NCBI GenBank assembly: GCA_951406725.2
Contig: OX597816.1
Span: 150,722,001-150,786,000 of the forward strand
Source: Octopus vulgaris
Taxonomy: Eukaryota
Reading direction: 5' to 3'
DNA length: 64,000 bases
A program made the translations under genes and the position numbers. How positions within the stretch are numbered: position 1 is the first letter of the stretch; every line of letters starts with the position of its first letter. This document shows positions 51,887 to 64,000 of the stretch, piece after piece. The notes beneath the pieces are model-generated. The model did no database searches. It was given only the letters and a program-made list of their open reading frames with translations, and was not told the origin of the DNA.

Positions 51887-52599
51887 CTACGAATAAGAAA
51901 AACATGACCATTCAGTTAATCAGAAACAGATAAAAGAGAATAAGAACAAATCTTCAAATACAGTGAGTGTGAAGACTCTGGATTATTAATCACAAAGTTG
52001 TAAGTTAAAACCTTGTTATTACAAACAACAAGTTCCACTACTGTCACTTCACTGTTGAGTTGTTAGTAGAAGGATCTGCATCCAGTTCATCATCATCATT
52101 TAACGTCCATTTTCCATGCTGGCATGGGTTAGACGGTTTAACAGGAGCCAACCACCTGAAGGGCTGTTCAGGTTCCATATCTGTTTTAGGATGGTTTTCT
52201 TTGGCTGGATGCCCTTCAAAGAATGTACTAGTTATAATATGAAAATTATTTCAAGACTTCATGCAAATGTCTAAATTTGTAAAAGTCATTCCTGAGAGGA
52301 ATGGCTTTTGCAAATTTAGAAAGAAAACTGATAACAAACTACAAAGCAAAATATAGTTTAAGCCTGCAAAGCTCCCATTTTTTATTCCTTATCTAATGAA
52401 GAAGGGCAGTTTTCATAGTCCTTTTACAGACTCAGTTATATAAGAGTAAAAGAGTAACTGAGGTAAATGTGATTACCGCTCAATTTGAATTGTAGCAAAA
52501 TTTAATGATTCATGACCAGTGAGAAGAAATGTCAAGTGATGCAGTACTGAGTTAAAAGGTAGATAAAATAATTGAAGTAGAACTTGTGGTATGGTAGGA

Positions 52600-54160
52600 G
52601 GTGATATAGTAGATGTAGGAAGAGGGAAATGAGTAGTGAATTCCAGGTAGGGGTCCACCAAGGATCAGTCCTCAGCCTCCTCTTATTCATCATAGTCCTC
52701 CAGGCAATAATAGAGGAATTCAAGACAGGATGCCCCTGGGAGCTTCTCTATGCTGATGACCTTGCTCTAATAGCTGAGTAACTATCAGAAGTAGAGAAGC
52801 AAGGACTAGAATGGAAGCAAGGACAAGAATCGAAGGGCTTTAGAGTCAACCTAGCAAAAACCAAAGTCTTAATAAAGTAGTTAGGCTGACAAACCACAAA
52901 TCCCTTCAGGTAGATGGCCCTGCTAGATCTGTAGAAAAAACGTAGGTAGAAACTCCATAAAATGTACCCAGTGTAAGCTATGGACGCATAAGAGGTGCAG
53001 CAATATCAAAGGAAGGCTAACTGGTAAGATAGTTATTGTGCGTGGCAAATGCTCAGGAGCAATAAACACTGAAAATGTGCAGAAAACAGCTTCCGTCACA
53101 TTCCAAGGGGAAAAACTACAAGTAGTTGATAGCTTCTGTTATCTAGGTGACCAAGTTGGTAGCAGGGGTGGATGCTCTGAAAGTGTAGCTGCTAGAATAA
53201 GAATAGCCTGGGCAAAGTTCAGAGAGCTCCTACCTCTGCTGGTGACAAAGGGCCGCTCGCTCAGAGTAAAAGGTAGACTGTATGAAGCATGTGTGTGAAC
53301 AGCCATGCTACATGGCAGTGAAACATTGGCTGTGACTGCTGAGGACATGTGTAAGCTTGCAAGGAATGAAGCCAGTATGCTCCGCTGGATGTGTAATGTC
53401 AGTGTGCATACACAACAGAGTGTAAGCATCCTGAGAGAAAAGTTGGACTTAAGAAGCATCAGATGTGGTGTGCAAGAGAGACGATTGCACTGATATGGTC
53501 ATGTGTTGCAAATGGATGAGGACAGCTGTGTGAAAAAGTGTCACACCCTAGCAAGTTGACGGACCCTGTGGAAGAGACAGACCCAGGAAGACCTGGGACG
53601 AGGTGGTGAAGCATGACATTTGAACATTGGGCCTCTCCGAGGCAATGACAAGTGACCGAGACCTTTAGAGATAAGCTGTGCTTGAGAAGACCTGGAAAGC
53701 CAAGTGAGACCATAACCTCGTAGCCTATACCAGTGCTGCATAACCAGCCCATTTAAGAGTACCCTTCAAACATTGGGCAATAATCCCTGCTTGCGAAGTC
53801 CTGTTGAGGCAAGTGAAATCATTGTCATGACCGATGACAGTACCACCTGACTGGCATGGGTGCCAGTGGAACGTTAAAAGCAACATTTGAGCGAGATTGT
53901 TGCCAGTTTTGCCTAACTGGCTCCTGTGCTGGTGGCACATGAAAAGCACTATTTGAGTGTGGTCATTGCCAGCGTCACCTGACTGACTCCTGTGCAGGTG
54001 GCACATAAAAAGCATCCTCTACACTCTCAGAGTGGTTGGCGTTAAGAAGGGCATCCAGCTGTAGAAACTTTGCTAGATCAGATTGGAGCCTGGTGCAGCC
54101 CTCAGTCAAACAGTCCAACCCATGCCAGCATGGAAAGCAGACGTTAAGCAAAAATGATGA
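52600..54160 (+). mobile_element. 5'-truncated RTE-clade LINE with 3' tail
   Basis: GVHQGSVLSLLLF, ELLYADDL, FCYLGD, ARIRIAWAKFREL, LHGSET and MLRWMC motifs; (GAT)n end. Confidence 0.9.
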
Positions 54161-54215
54161 TGTATAAGCAGGTTCAAGTGAAATATGTTTTGAAAAGAAA
54201 ACTGAAATACTTTAC

Positions 54216-54263
54216 TAGTAACAGATTTCTTAGAAGTTGCATTTTCATTCTGATCTGATTTTT
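54216..54263 (-). CDS. BORA: BORA coding exon 4 (48 nt, non-conserved linker)
   Basis: tttcAG|aa KSDQNENATSKKSVT a|GTaaag. Phase 1/1 with a weak donor. Confidence 0.55.
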
Positions 54264-55443
54264 CTGAAACATATATAAAAGCAAATATTAACTGAATGAA
54301 TAACCAAATAAATAAAAAGGGATTCATTTCTATGTTTCAGAAGCTAATACAAAAACTAACTAATGGAAGAGGATGTCTACCTGCTAACCCTGCTTAAAAT
54401 AGTAGCCAAATTTTCCTCATATTACATCCTTTACTGAAAAAAGCAAAAAAAAAAAAAAAGATTGAATGGTTATTAACTGAATGACTAATCATTAGTCAAG
54501 TTGATCAGGATTGATCTGGATGTTAAACAACAACAAAGTCAATCAATGATAGTGTTCTGTAGCTAAGGCACTTAATTCTTACTTAGCTAAACATAAGTAC
54601 CATGTGGAGGTAAGATACTCAATAATTTAGCTATGTTTTGATAGCTTGCATTACTAAACTCAAATCCTTTTATCAATAATAGAAGCTCAGTGGGGTTAAT
54701 CACACACACACAAAAGCTAGTAGATGACTAATTATTATAACAGTGTGTGGTAAATAAATCCTGCACACATGTGTATATCATTATCATCCTTTTCCATACT
54801 GGCATTGGTTAGATGTATCTAACAGAAACACACCATTATTATGATCTTTCATTATCAGACATACACCACACAGAAGCAGACGAAAAAAGGAACCTCTACA
54901 TGGTCTTTCAACCTACTAAAAATAGCAGCTAAATCTCTCTCAAATCACACCTCTACCTTCTTACATTATAAGGTGAAGACCCATTATATAATGTAGTCCT
55001 ACATACCACTAAAACGACAGGATGGTTATGGATGGAATGTTCAGAATCAACCAAGATTAGACAACAAAAAACAGTCATTTTTGTAGTAGGTTTTGTTATT
55101 TTGGCATAGTTTTCACAGCCAGATGTCTTTTGTATTACCCACCACTTTACTGCATGAACTATATACATACACAAGATAACTTGAAAGTAGTTTAACCCTT
55201 TTGCTACTCTTAATAAGAATATTAATTTTTTTTTTGTTATTAGAAATAAAATAATTTGTAAAGGAGGAATATAACTGTGAGAATGCAAAATGAAGTAAAT
55301 AATATGAAGCCACAAGTTTGGCAGAATAAAGAGTAGATTTCTACAGAAACTTATAAGTAATCTTCAATTATGTCATTAAAATATCAAATTCAATGCACAA
55401 GTTCAATATATAAATAGCAAATAACAATGTTTCTTTAACATAC

Positions 55444-55526
55444 CGTTTTCTATTGGAGAAAGTACAACAAGACGAGTATTAAAATATTGCTCTATGGCTT
55501 CCTGAGCTTTTGTCTCTATTGCAGGA
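55444..55526 (-). CDS. BORA: BORA coding exon 3
   Basis: PAIETKAQEAIEQYFNTRLVVLSPIEN (compare KRQKAIEEFFTKDVIVPSPW); phase 2/1. Confidence 0.9.
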
Positions 55527-57745
55527 CTGCAAACAGAAGATATTGTGGTAAAATGTGAAAAAACATCATGTAAATAAAGTCTTACTTAAATGAATTTTGT
55601 GGAATCAAAAACTCATGTTGCTTTAAACACTGTTATGAATAGTTTTATTTCTCAGATGTCAAGAAATAATTTCCAATCATATGAAACCTAAACCTATAAG
55701 CATAATGCAAATATCAACAAGACAACAAAATATGCAATGTGATCTGAATGTAGATTTTAACATGGCATTTAGGTTGAGTATTTCAGCAGTACATTTAATT
55801 TACCTAATTGAGGAATAGCCATAACTTGCAGGCAAATATGACAGGATAGTATGTTCCTTGCTTTTACCAATTGATTTAGGTGCCTATTCTATTAATAAAT
55901 ACAGATACTGTAAATGATGAATGTGAAAGAAATGCACTAGTCATTTCTATCTGAAGATCAGTTTTAGTGTGCCATTTGAATAATGTTGATGAAATACAAT
56001 ATGCAGTTGTAACAGATGTCAGAGGATTTGAACTTACTATTGATATTATTAGATTACCAGTAATCCTTAGACTATCACGGATGTTACGTTCCACCCCCAC
56101 CCCTGCAATATGAGAAAATCCACGAAGTAGAAACAGTACTGTATATCTATTATTAATATTTTTATAATAAATGCAAAACAACAGCATAGAGGAATCAACA
56201 TAAGCTTAAATAATAAACCACAATAGGTGAACTGCGATATGGTGAGGAATTACTGTATTCTTTATTATTCACACTTCAATTTACTCAGCTGAATAAATTA
56301 CTTCTGTGAACTTATTTATAACAAGAAGTAGTCGGTCTTAAGGGAATAATATCTGTGTTAGGCTGATATTCTATCCAAAGAAAATATCATGCATTTGCTT
56401 AACAACATCAAAGCAAAGCTAAATGCCAAACCCTAATGGCCTTTACAAAGGCTAAAGGAGATACTAATATACATTGTACCAGGTATATGGTTTACTGTGA
56501 GAGTACATGACATCAGTTAGTCAAGGAGAAAAGCAAGAGTAAGGCACTTGCAGATTGTATAACCACACCATAGGATGAACAGCCAATCTTGTTCTTCACC
56601 AACTGGAATTTGATGGACAGCTAATCTTTTTCTTCACTGACTGGAATTTATCTCTGGTTTCATAGGTATTAAATAAATGAGACAAATCACACCTTATAGA
56701 TTAAACTGCACTGAAGTCTGCATTGCAAATCAGTAAATCATTCATTGATTTTATATTGAAGTTTCTATTTGCAATCATACCATGCTGCAGTACCTATTTA
56801 CATGTAGATAAATTGGGCTGATGAGAATTAAGGATTATAGATACAACTCAATTTCATGTGATCAGACACAAACCAGCAACCTCACAACCCAATACCCTAT
56901 CAACTTGAACATCTGTCTTGTACAGAATACAATATTTCAAATTTTCCTAGCAGATAGTAACTTCAGCAACATTGGTCTTTCCAGGCTGATCTCACTCTAA
57001 ATGTAAAATCTCCTATAATCCATTAGGTCATAGGAGGGCCTTCAAAGACTATCTTCATTTAGTGAAAGTCAGTGCAATAGAATTAAGTTTTATCCCAAGA
57101 AGTTGAGCTTAACACTGCAAGTGAATAATGAATTCTCCCTATGCTGTTGTACTTTACAGTTAAGTGAACTAGACCACAGACACAAAACAGTTGAAGGCTT
57201 ACAAACCAGCAGCTAATCAGTTGGTTTACCAATGCTCTAACACAACAACCTGCTTTCTCTATCCCCGATATGACAGTGCCACAAATGTTTGTTTTTTTTT
57301 GCTTTATGTCCATTTTTCCATGCTAGCGTGAGTTGGATGAGTACTTATTGAGGTATATTTTTATCTTTTATAGAGATTTGCACTTCCTGTTATTAACCCT
57401 CGCCTGTTTTTCAAACAAGGTTTTTTTTTTATTCAACTTATCTTCAAAAGTGCAGAGCTAGACAATAGTTTGTTGACTGACAGTGTCAACAACATCACTA
57501 TTTTTTTTTGTTCAACACTCTCATGCAAGGAAACAGAATAGGATAGGGAAGAGAGGGTGACAAGTGTAGATACTGAGTAGGGTGGAGGAGTGGATGTAGT
57601 GAATGGTTGGTAAGGAGGGGGAAGTGACCAATGATGATGGGGATAAAGAGTAGTAGTATAGTGATGAGGATACAACAGACAAGGGAAAGGAGATGAGGGA
57701 GAGGCAGTCATAATGGAAGGGAAGTATGAGACATATATATATATT

Positions 57746-57794
<49 letters not shown>

Positions 57795-58602
57795 TACATA
57801 CACATGCAATAAGCTTCCATACAGCATCCATGTACCGATTCCACTCACAAAGCATTGATTAACCCAAGGCTACAGATACTTGTTCAGGGTGACACAGTGA
57901 GATAGAACTCAAGATCACTGTCACTTGCAGAAATACAACCTTAACACAACTGGGGTGGGAAGGAGAATCAACTAAAATGCAGTATGGAACATAGAAGCAA
58001 TAGTCAACAAAAATTCACCTGTTCTGGCAATACTATATAGAAATACCAGGCTAGCTCCTTTCTCTAACAAAAGGATTCACTAGAAACTGGATATTTACCT
58101 TTTTAATATCAACACACATGAAACTATTCTTACTAAAATGTTCATCTTTAGTTCAAAATCTCATTCAGACATGAATAATAACAGATTCTAAATGATCAAT
58201 GCAAGCAAAAAGTAATAGATAATTAAACTATCAGAAAGTTTACATTAAATTGAAAATTAATTAAAACCCTTAGGTAGTCTTATTAGAAATATAGCTACAA
58301 ATATAGTAATAAAAAAAAGGTTAAAGATCAAGGTCCTATCCCCATTCTTTATATTTTCCTTTGAATTATTATGAAGGAATTCAAGATCCATTGCTTACAG
58401 GGTCACTTGGTTCTGAGTTTCTTCACTAGTTTTGATAATGGCATTAGTAGTGATGATGATAGTACTGGAGGTAGTAATAGTGGTAGTGATGAAGGCGATA
58501 ATGGTAATCAAAGAACAGTTGTGTGGAAATAGTGACAATGAGAACAATGATAATAAGGATGAGGTCAGTGATGAAAGTAGTTGCAATTATAAGCTTCCTT
58601 AC

Positions 58603-58685
58603 TTGAATGTGGACTTATACTGAGGTTTTTCATCAATTTCAACTGGATGTAAAGTAGCCAGTTGGTCAATTGTCCACTCAAAATT
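58603..58685 (-). CDS. BORA: BORA coding exon 2
   Basis: NFEWTIDQLATLHPVEIDE (compare FRWSIDQLAVINPVEID); phase 0/2. Confidence 0.93.
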
Positions 58686-59746
58686 CTACAAGAAAGAAAA
58701 TATGTAGAACATTTGAAAAGTAAAATAAAAATACAAAACAAATTAATTTATGAAATACAAAATGACAAGAAAGAAATGATAAATGTGCTGCCAAACCACA
58801 AAACACAAAGAATGAAAAGTAATGTATATACCCACATTATCAATATTTTATATACACAGCCATTGGGTCACTGAATTAATGAATCTATAGATAAGACAAT
58901 ATTTGAGCACACTTCCACTTACCAAAAAATAAGTTTCTTTTAACACAAGATTAGTTTTCTTTAGGAATCAGATGATTAAATTAAGCAGTTTTTCTTTTTA
59001 AATTGTTATCCCTTTACATTTGGATCTAAATTCCACCATTGCTTCTTTTATCTACCATGAAGAATGAAAATGAACCACAGGTATGGCTCTGTGATGAAGA
59101 ACTTTGCTTCACAACTACTTAGTTTCTGTTCAATCCCACAGTGTAGCAAGAGGGTTTGTTCCTGATACATTTAATCTGTTGCTTGTTTGAACACAACTGT
59201 CTGGCTCTTGGATGCTTTTAGCAGAGTGCATTCTGTTGCATGCATTCAGACCAAATTTTCAGTTTGAGGATAATGTTATCTGTTTCTTCTGCCAATCTTA
59301 AAGGCCTGGAAAATGGTCATGGAATTACCCTTCACACTCTGTGTCATAAAAGAACAGAATATAAACTTAAAATATAAGATGATGTGATAAAGCTGGATAG
59401 CATCCAGTTATACATACATTTATGTAAATATCCAAAACATTCCAGCCTGGCAAAAAAGATGAAAAATATTGGTTTCAGCTTTTGGCACAAGGTCAGTTAT
59501 TTAGAGGGAGGAGTTAAGTCAATTACATTGACCCAAGTGTTCAAGTGGTACTTATTTTATCAACGCCGAAAGGATGAAAGGTGAAGTCGACATTGGTGGA
59601 ATTTGAACTTGGAATGTGAAGATGGATGAAATGCCACTAAACATTTTACCTGGTGTGCTAATGATCCTGCCAGCTTGCTGACTTAAAACAGATGTAAAAT
59701 ATTAAATTATATACATGTACCCATACAGTAATACAAGGTTTATTAC

Positions 59747-60142
59747 CTCTTCGTTGGAATTTGGAGTTGCCATATTAAAAATTCCAGGAGAAACCAAGGA
59801 ACTGCTCAACTGGTTAATAAGTGCAATTTCAAAAGGGTTTTTTACTTGTGATTGTGGAGTTGAGAGATGCTGGTGTCTGGAATACTGGTCTTTGACACTT
59901 TGAGGTGTGCTATGCATTAATATGGAGCGAGCAGAACAGGAAGCTGATGAAAGAGCAGATACCAAAGACTTGTTGTAAGGACTAGGTAACAGAGATCTAA
60001 TAAGATATCCATTCTTCTCAAAAGGAGATGCTGTGTGGTTATTGTTGCTCTTCTTGCTAAGTGGTGTATCTCTGATATCATTTGGTGTAGAAGTGTTGGA
60101 CAGCAAACATGGGCTGAAGTTTGGAGACATTGGAGAGGTCAT
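59747..60142 (-). CDS. BORA: BORA coding exon 1 (exon starts at 60151 after an acceptor AG)
   Basis: MTSPMSP...VKNPFE...LVSPGIF (compare BORA NPFE...SPSVF); donor GTaata at 59746. Confidence 0.88.
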
Positions 60143-60639
60143 TGTGCTGAACTATGTTTAAAAAAGAAAAAGGGAAAATTACTTTTGATTAAATACAAGG
60201 CCAAATGTCCATATAATCGTACAGTATTTCAAAACTTGGGAAATCTTGTAAATAATAGGACTTTTCTCTTCGCTTAACTACACTAGGCAGACTTATTGCA
60301 ATAAAAATTAAGTCTCCAGAGAGACAGGTCACTTCTATCCTAGATATGAGGGTACTGGTTGTTGTAATCTATAATTTCAAGGAGTCAATATTTAAGAGAA
60401 CTAACAAAGTCGTTAATACATAGTTCAGCTGTTGTCATTGAATACAGTTTCCAATAGTAACAAATAGTAAGAATCTTTTACACGAAAACCCTCAGATATA
60501 TTATAGATGAGATATCGTCTTTACAAAAAGCAATAAATCAATGTACAATTAATAACCAAAATGTCATTAACCGTGTTTTCAATTTAAAATTGAAAGCAAA
60601 CAATGTTTTAATCGTCAATTATAAATTTAAAAATTTGTA

Positions 60640-60960
60640 GTGATCCTATACAACAGCGCGCGCGCAACGCCCTCTCGCGCATACACGAAGTCCGGAAGAG
60701 GGAATTTTGCTATCGTGGAATTAGTTGATTGGCTAGGAAAAAGCGAGCCTTAGCAAAGAGGCAAAGGAGCGTAAAACGTTGACCATTAGCGTCCAGCAGA
60801 CAGCAGAAGGCTTTTGATAGAAGCAGACGTTTAATTCGCTCTCTCTCCGGTTTGATAGCAGCAGTCTTTTAGCCGAAGACTTTTAACCTGAATTGTTGCA
60901 GACCACATCATCTTCTTTCTCCGGACGCCATTTTTTGACCCGTTCTGTTTTTAGCGGCTG
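60640..60960. promoter_or_regulatory. Putative BORA (possibly bidirectional) promoter
   Basis: Local CpG enrichment (gcgcgcgcgc, ctcgcgc), ETS-like ccggaag, inverted CCAAT (gattggc) and YY1-like cgccatttt at 60926. Confidence 0.55.
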
Positions 60961-61209
60961 AACATTGTAAAATCTTACAAGCGATTAACTTTCAGCCTTG
61001 CACGCCCAGAACCAAGGGATATCAGATATACCACTTATTTCTCACCGTTATAAGACAATAAAGTATATCTATTTTTTACGTCTGCGTTTTTGTGTTTCTT
61101 TGACTGGTAGAATCTGGATTATTAAAAGCAACGGAAAGTGATTGCACCAACTGCACCCAAAAAGTGCAGAGAGGATATTCACTCCCGTTACAAATTCATT
61201 ATATATATA

Positions 61210-61578
61210 GGCGTAGGAGTGGCTGTGTGGTAAGTAGCTTGCTTACGAACCACATGGTTCCGGGTTCCTGGTACCTTGGGCAAATCTCTTCTACTATAGC
61301 CTCGGGCCGACCAAAGCCTTGTGAGTGGATTTGGTAGACGGAAACTGAAAGAAGCCTGTCGTATATTATATATATATATGCGTGTGTTTGCCCCCCCCTC
61401 CACATCACTTGACAACCGATGCTGGTGTGTTTACGTCCCCGTAACTTAGCGGTTCGGCAAAAGTGACCGATAGAATAAGTACTAGGCTTACAAAGAATAA
61501 GTCCTGGGGTCGATTTGCTCGACTAAAGGCGGTGCTCCAGCATGGCCACAGTCAAGTGACTGAAACAAGTAAAAGAGT
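61210..61578 (+). mobile_element. tRNA-derived SINE, family A (young copy)
   Basis: Closely matches the reverse complement of 15550-15910; embedded in (TA)n. Confidence 0.85.
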
Positions 61579-61770
61579 ATATATATATATATAATCGGTT
61601 AAGTAATTGAGATTCAAGTGAATTCTAATGAATTCACATGAATATGGTCCTTAACTAGGATGCACCGGAAATCTGTATGGTGTTAACCATACGACAAGTG
61701 GGGTGATTACAAATAGGAAAAAAGCAACGTATCTACCCCTTTTGATGTTTGGGAATTCTCTGATGTTTTT

Positions 61771-61854
61771 TCGGCTGACGAGTACGAGCCATCTGTATTC
61801 GCTGCATTTTTTGTAGCTTATTAAAGATGTCCTCGTACGAAACGATTGTACCGA
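61771..61854 (+). ncRNA. Type I hammerhead ribozyme motif with intact core, inside a ~295 bp insert (61592-61885) in (TA)n
   Basis: tcgg-CTGACGA-gtacgag...ctcgtac-GAAA-cgattg-TA-ccga. All three stems pair; predicted cleavage after 61850. Confidence 0.85.
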
Positions 61855-61882
61855 GATTTTAATCCATTCTTGTTGCTTTTTT

Positions 61883-61924
<42 letters not shown>

Positions 61925-63165
61925 CACACACACATAATGACAGATAGATTAGTAATGCTGTGTACTAAACCAATGAAGCGTAGAAATATATATATTTCTA
62001 AGTTCCATTGGTTTAATACACAGCATTACTAACCTGTCATATACATATAATGCTATTATGTAAAAGTATCGTAAGTTGAAAACGTTGCTTTTTCAGCAAG
62101 TTTTTCATTCCATAGCAAAACCGTTGTAGTACACTTCGACAAGTTTTGATATCTCGGCATCTGAAACAGTTGGACATACGACAGTTTAGCATAACAGCAA
62201 CGACATATATCTATATTTTATATATAAACCAGAAAAAAATAAGTTCAGAACTTAATGTCACCAATACTCTTATGAAAGGATCAACGTTACAGTCCCGTCA
62301 CCCACACCACTAAAAAAGAACTAATGGCTTTATGACTATATATATATACTACAAAACAAGTAACAGTTGTTAACTTCCAGGTTAAATCTTATTAGACTTA
62401 CGACCAAAAGTATTTTAGCCTGAAACATCCTTTTTTATTTTTAAGCGATATCCAAGTACTCCATTTTCAATGTAACTACCCCACTTTTTAAATACTAGGC
62501 TCTAAGTGGAGGGACATATGGCTGTTATTTCCAGCAGGTAGAAGAACTACATAAAGACTCTCTTCGATTCAAATAAGAATCAGACATGTACTTAGTGCGA
62601 TTCAATTAGTTATAATGCTGTTAAGGATTGCAGATTCAAATATCGCTTTCGTACTTGAAGAACAATACACAAGTCAACAAGGGAGCCTGTACATGGCCAC
62701 TCAATCAGCTACATATATCTGAGATTGCAGTCTTTAAAAAGAAGGAATACATTAAATGATGTAATCCTTGATACACTATGTCGGGGTGGGGTGGGGTGGA
62801 ACGGATGGTCACGATTGGAATGTCTTTAATTATGAAGTCTGCTTGATCAGGGCCAACTTCGAGCAAAACGAAATGTGTATACATAAATGTTAGAAAGAGC
62901 ACAAACATCAAAAGATAGTAAAAAGGCAAGCAATAAGCAACTAAACGTTTAACAAAAGTCTTCTTTTAGGGTGTGTGTGTGTGTGTGCTTCATTTTGAAA
63001 GAATATGTATTTTCATCATATAAATAGTTGTATATATTAACTGTTTCGTTCGGATATGTTTGGATACATAGATTGTGATTAAAGGATATAGTAAAAACAA
63101 ATCATGAATTAAAGTTTAAATACTTACAATAAAATAATACAAAACAATAGCAAAAAGTTAACTGA

Positions 63166-63313
63166 TATATTTAAACATTATGGAGCAATTAACTTTGTTA
63201 TATGTATTTGATGTTACAGTTGTCTAATTAGAGATGCAGTATATTTAAACATTATGGAGCAATTAACTTTGTTATATGTATTTGATGTTACAGTTGTCTA
63301 ATTAGAGATGCAG
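63166..63313. repeat. Perfect 74-bp tandem duplication
   Basis: 63166-63239 is identical to 63240-63313. Confidence 0.9.
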
Positions 63314-63399
63314 AAATAAAACACACCTTTTTGATAAAATCCAGTTATTGTATAAATTTAAGCAACTGACAATTAGAGTGAAAAAATAAAACTGGTAAA

Positions 63400-64000
63400 A
63401 AGCGAGACATCCGAATTCAATTAAAAAACTGAAATGTATTTATATAGAAGTATAAACTTGTCTTTTTTAAAAGACCGCTTTACCAGCAAAGGCGCCGCCT
63501 ATTGGTAGGAAAAGGAAGCAAGTGGCGTTATGTCCTTAGCAACGGTCGTTTTAGTGTAAGTTTATCATTTCAACATGCTTATTGGTTTCTGGTGTAACAA
63601 AATGGCTTAAAACTTATAAGTGAAGGTGGATTAAAGTGACTGTGATGTTTATGCCTTTCCCACACTTTTTGTCGGAGGATATATATAATAATTCTTTTTT
63701 CATTCATGATGTTTTGAATGAATATTTAACAGAACCTGTACTTGATATATGATTTGTTTACAAGGTCGCAGAACTTTATATTTTTGAGAAAAGGCCGTAA
63801 TAGTTAAACTTTTTTTCCAACGGCAAAGTGACTAAGTTACTTTTATTTTTTAATTAAACTTCGCTTGGTATCAATCAATAATATATATATAAATTCTTTA
63901 TGTGCCAAAGAAGCAGTATTAGTTTAAAATAGCAACTTGTGCATCATACATAATGATGATACGTCACGGAAAGTCAAATGACGTCGTTTTGTTCCCACTG
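63400..64000. promoter_or_regulatory. Possible promoter of a neighbouring gene
   Basis: CpG-retaining unique sequence with ATTGG boxes (63501, 63581), an RFX-like ccttagcaac and CRE-like acgtca/tgacgtc near 63960-63985. Confidence 0.35.

Noticed and set aside
63601-63660. Resemblance to the U12 snRNA 5' end (tggcttaaaacttataagtgaagg)
   Set aside because: Lacks the exact GTAAGGA branch-pairing sequence and the downstream U12 structure.

Overview
AT-rich, repeat-dense eukaryotic (animal) DNA. The SINE, Helitron and microsatellite landscape suggests a coleoid cephalopod such as Octopus; this is an inference. Two spliced genes were reconstructed by hand on the minus strand, and every intron phase is consistent. 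The first is the 5' six exons of GCAT (mitochondrial glycine C-acetyltransferase, ATG at 19044, continuing off the left edge). The second is a complete 10-exon BORA (aurora borealis) gene (CDS 60142 to 44003, about 696 aa). Introns and the 19-44 kb intergenic block hold a decayed full-length mariner, a maT/DD37D-like element, a Tc1 fragment, several MITEs, at least six Helitron pieces, a ~4 kb CR1-type LINE nested in an RTE tail, RTE fragments and many SINEs. Three signals stand out. (1) There are five dispersed type-I hammerhead ribozyme motifs of the minimal Penelope/retrozyme kind. Two have intact cores and unusually large structured stem-II insertions, and one lies in a non-coding element with Penelope-like direct and inverted repeats. 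(2) The CR1 ORF1/ORF2 junction has an in-frame G_GGA_AAC slippery heptamer and an AUG-less ORF2 in the -1 frame, suggesting programmed -1 frameshifting. (3) A ~3.5 kb nested palindrome lies directly upstream of the GCAT promoter.
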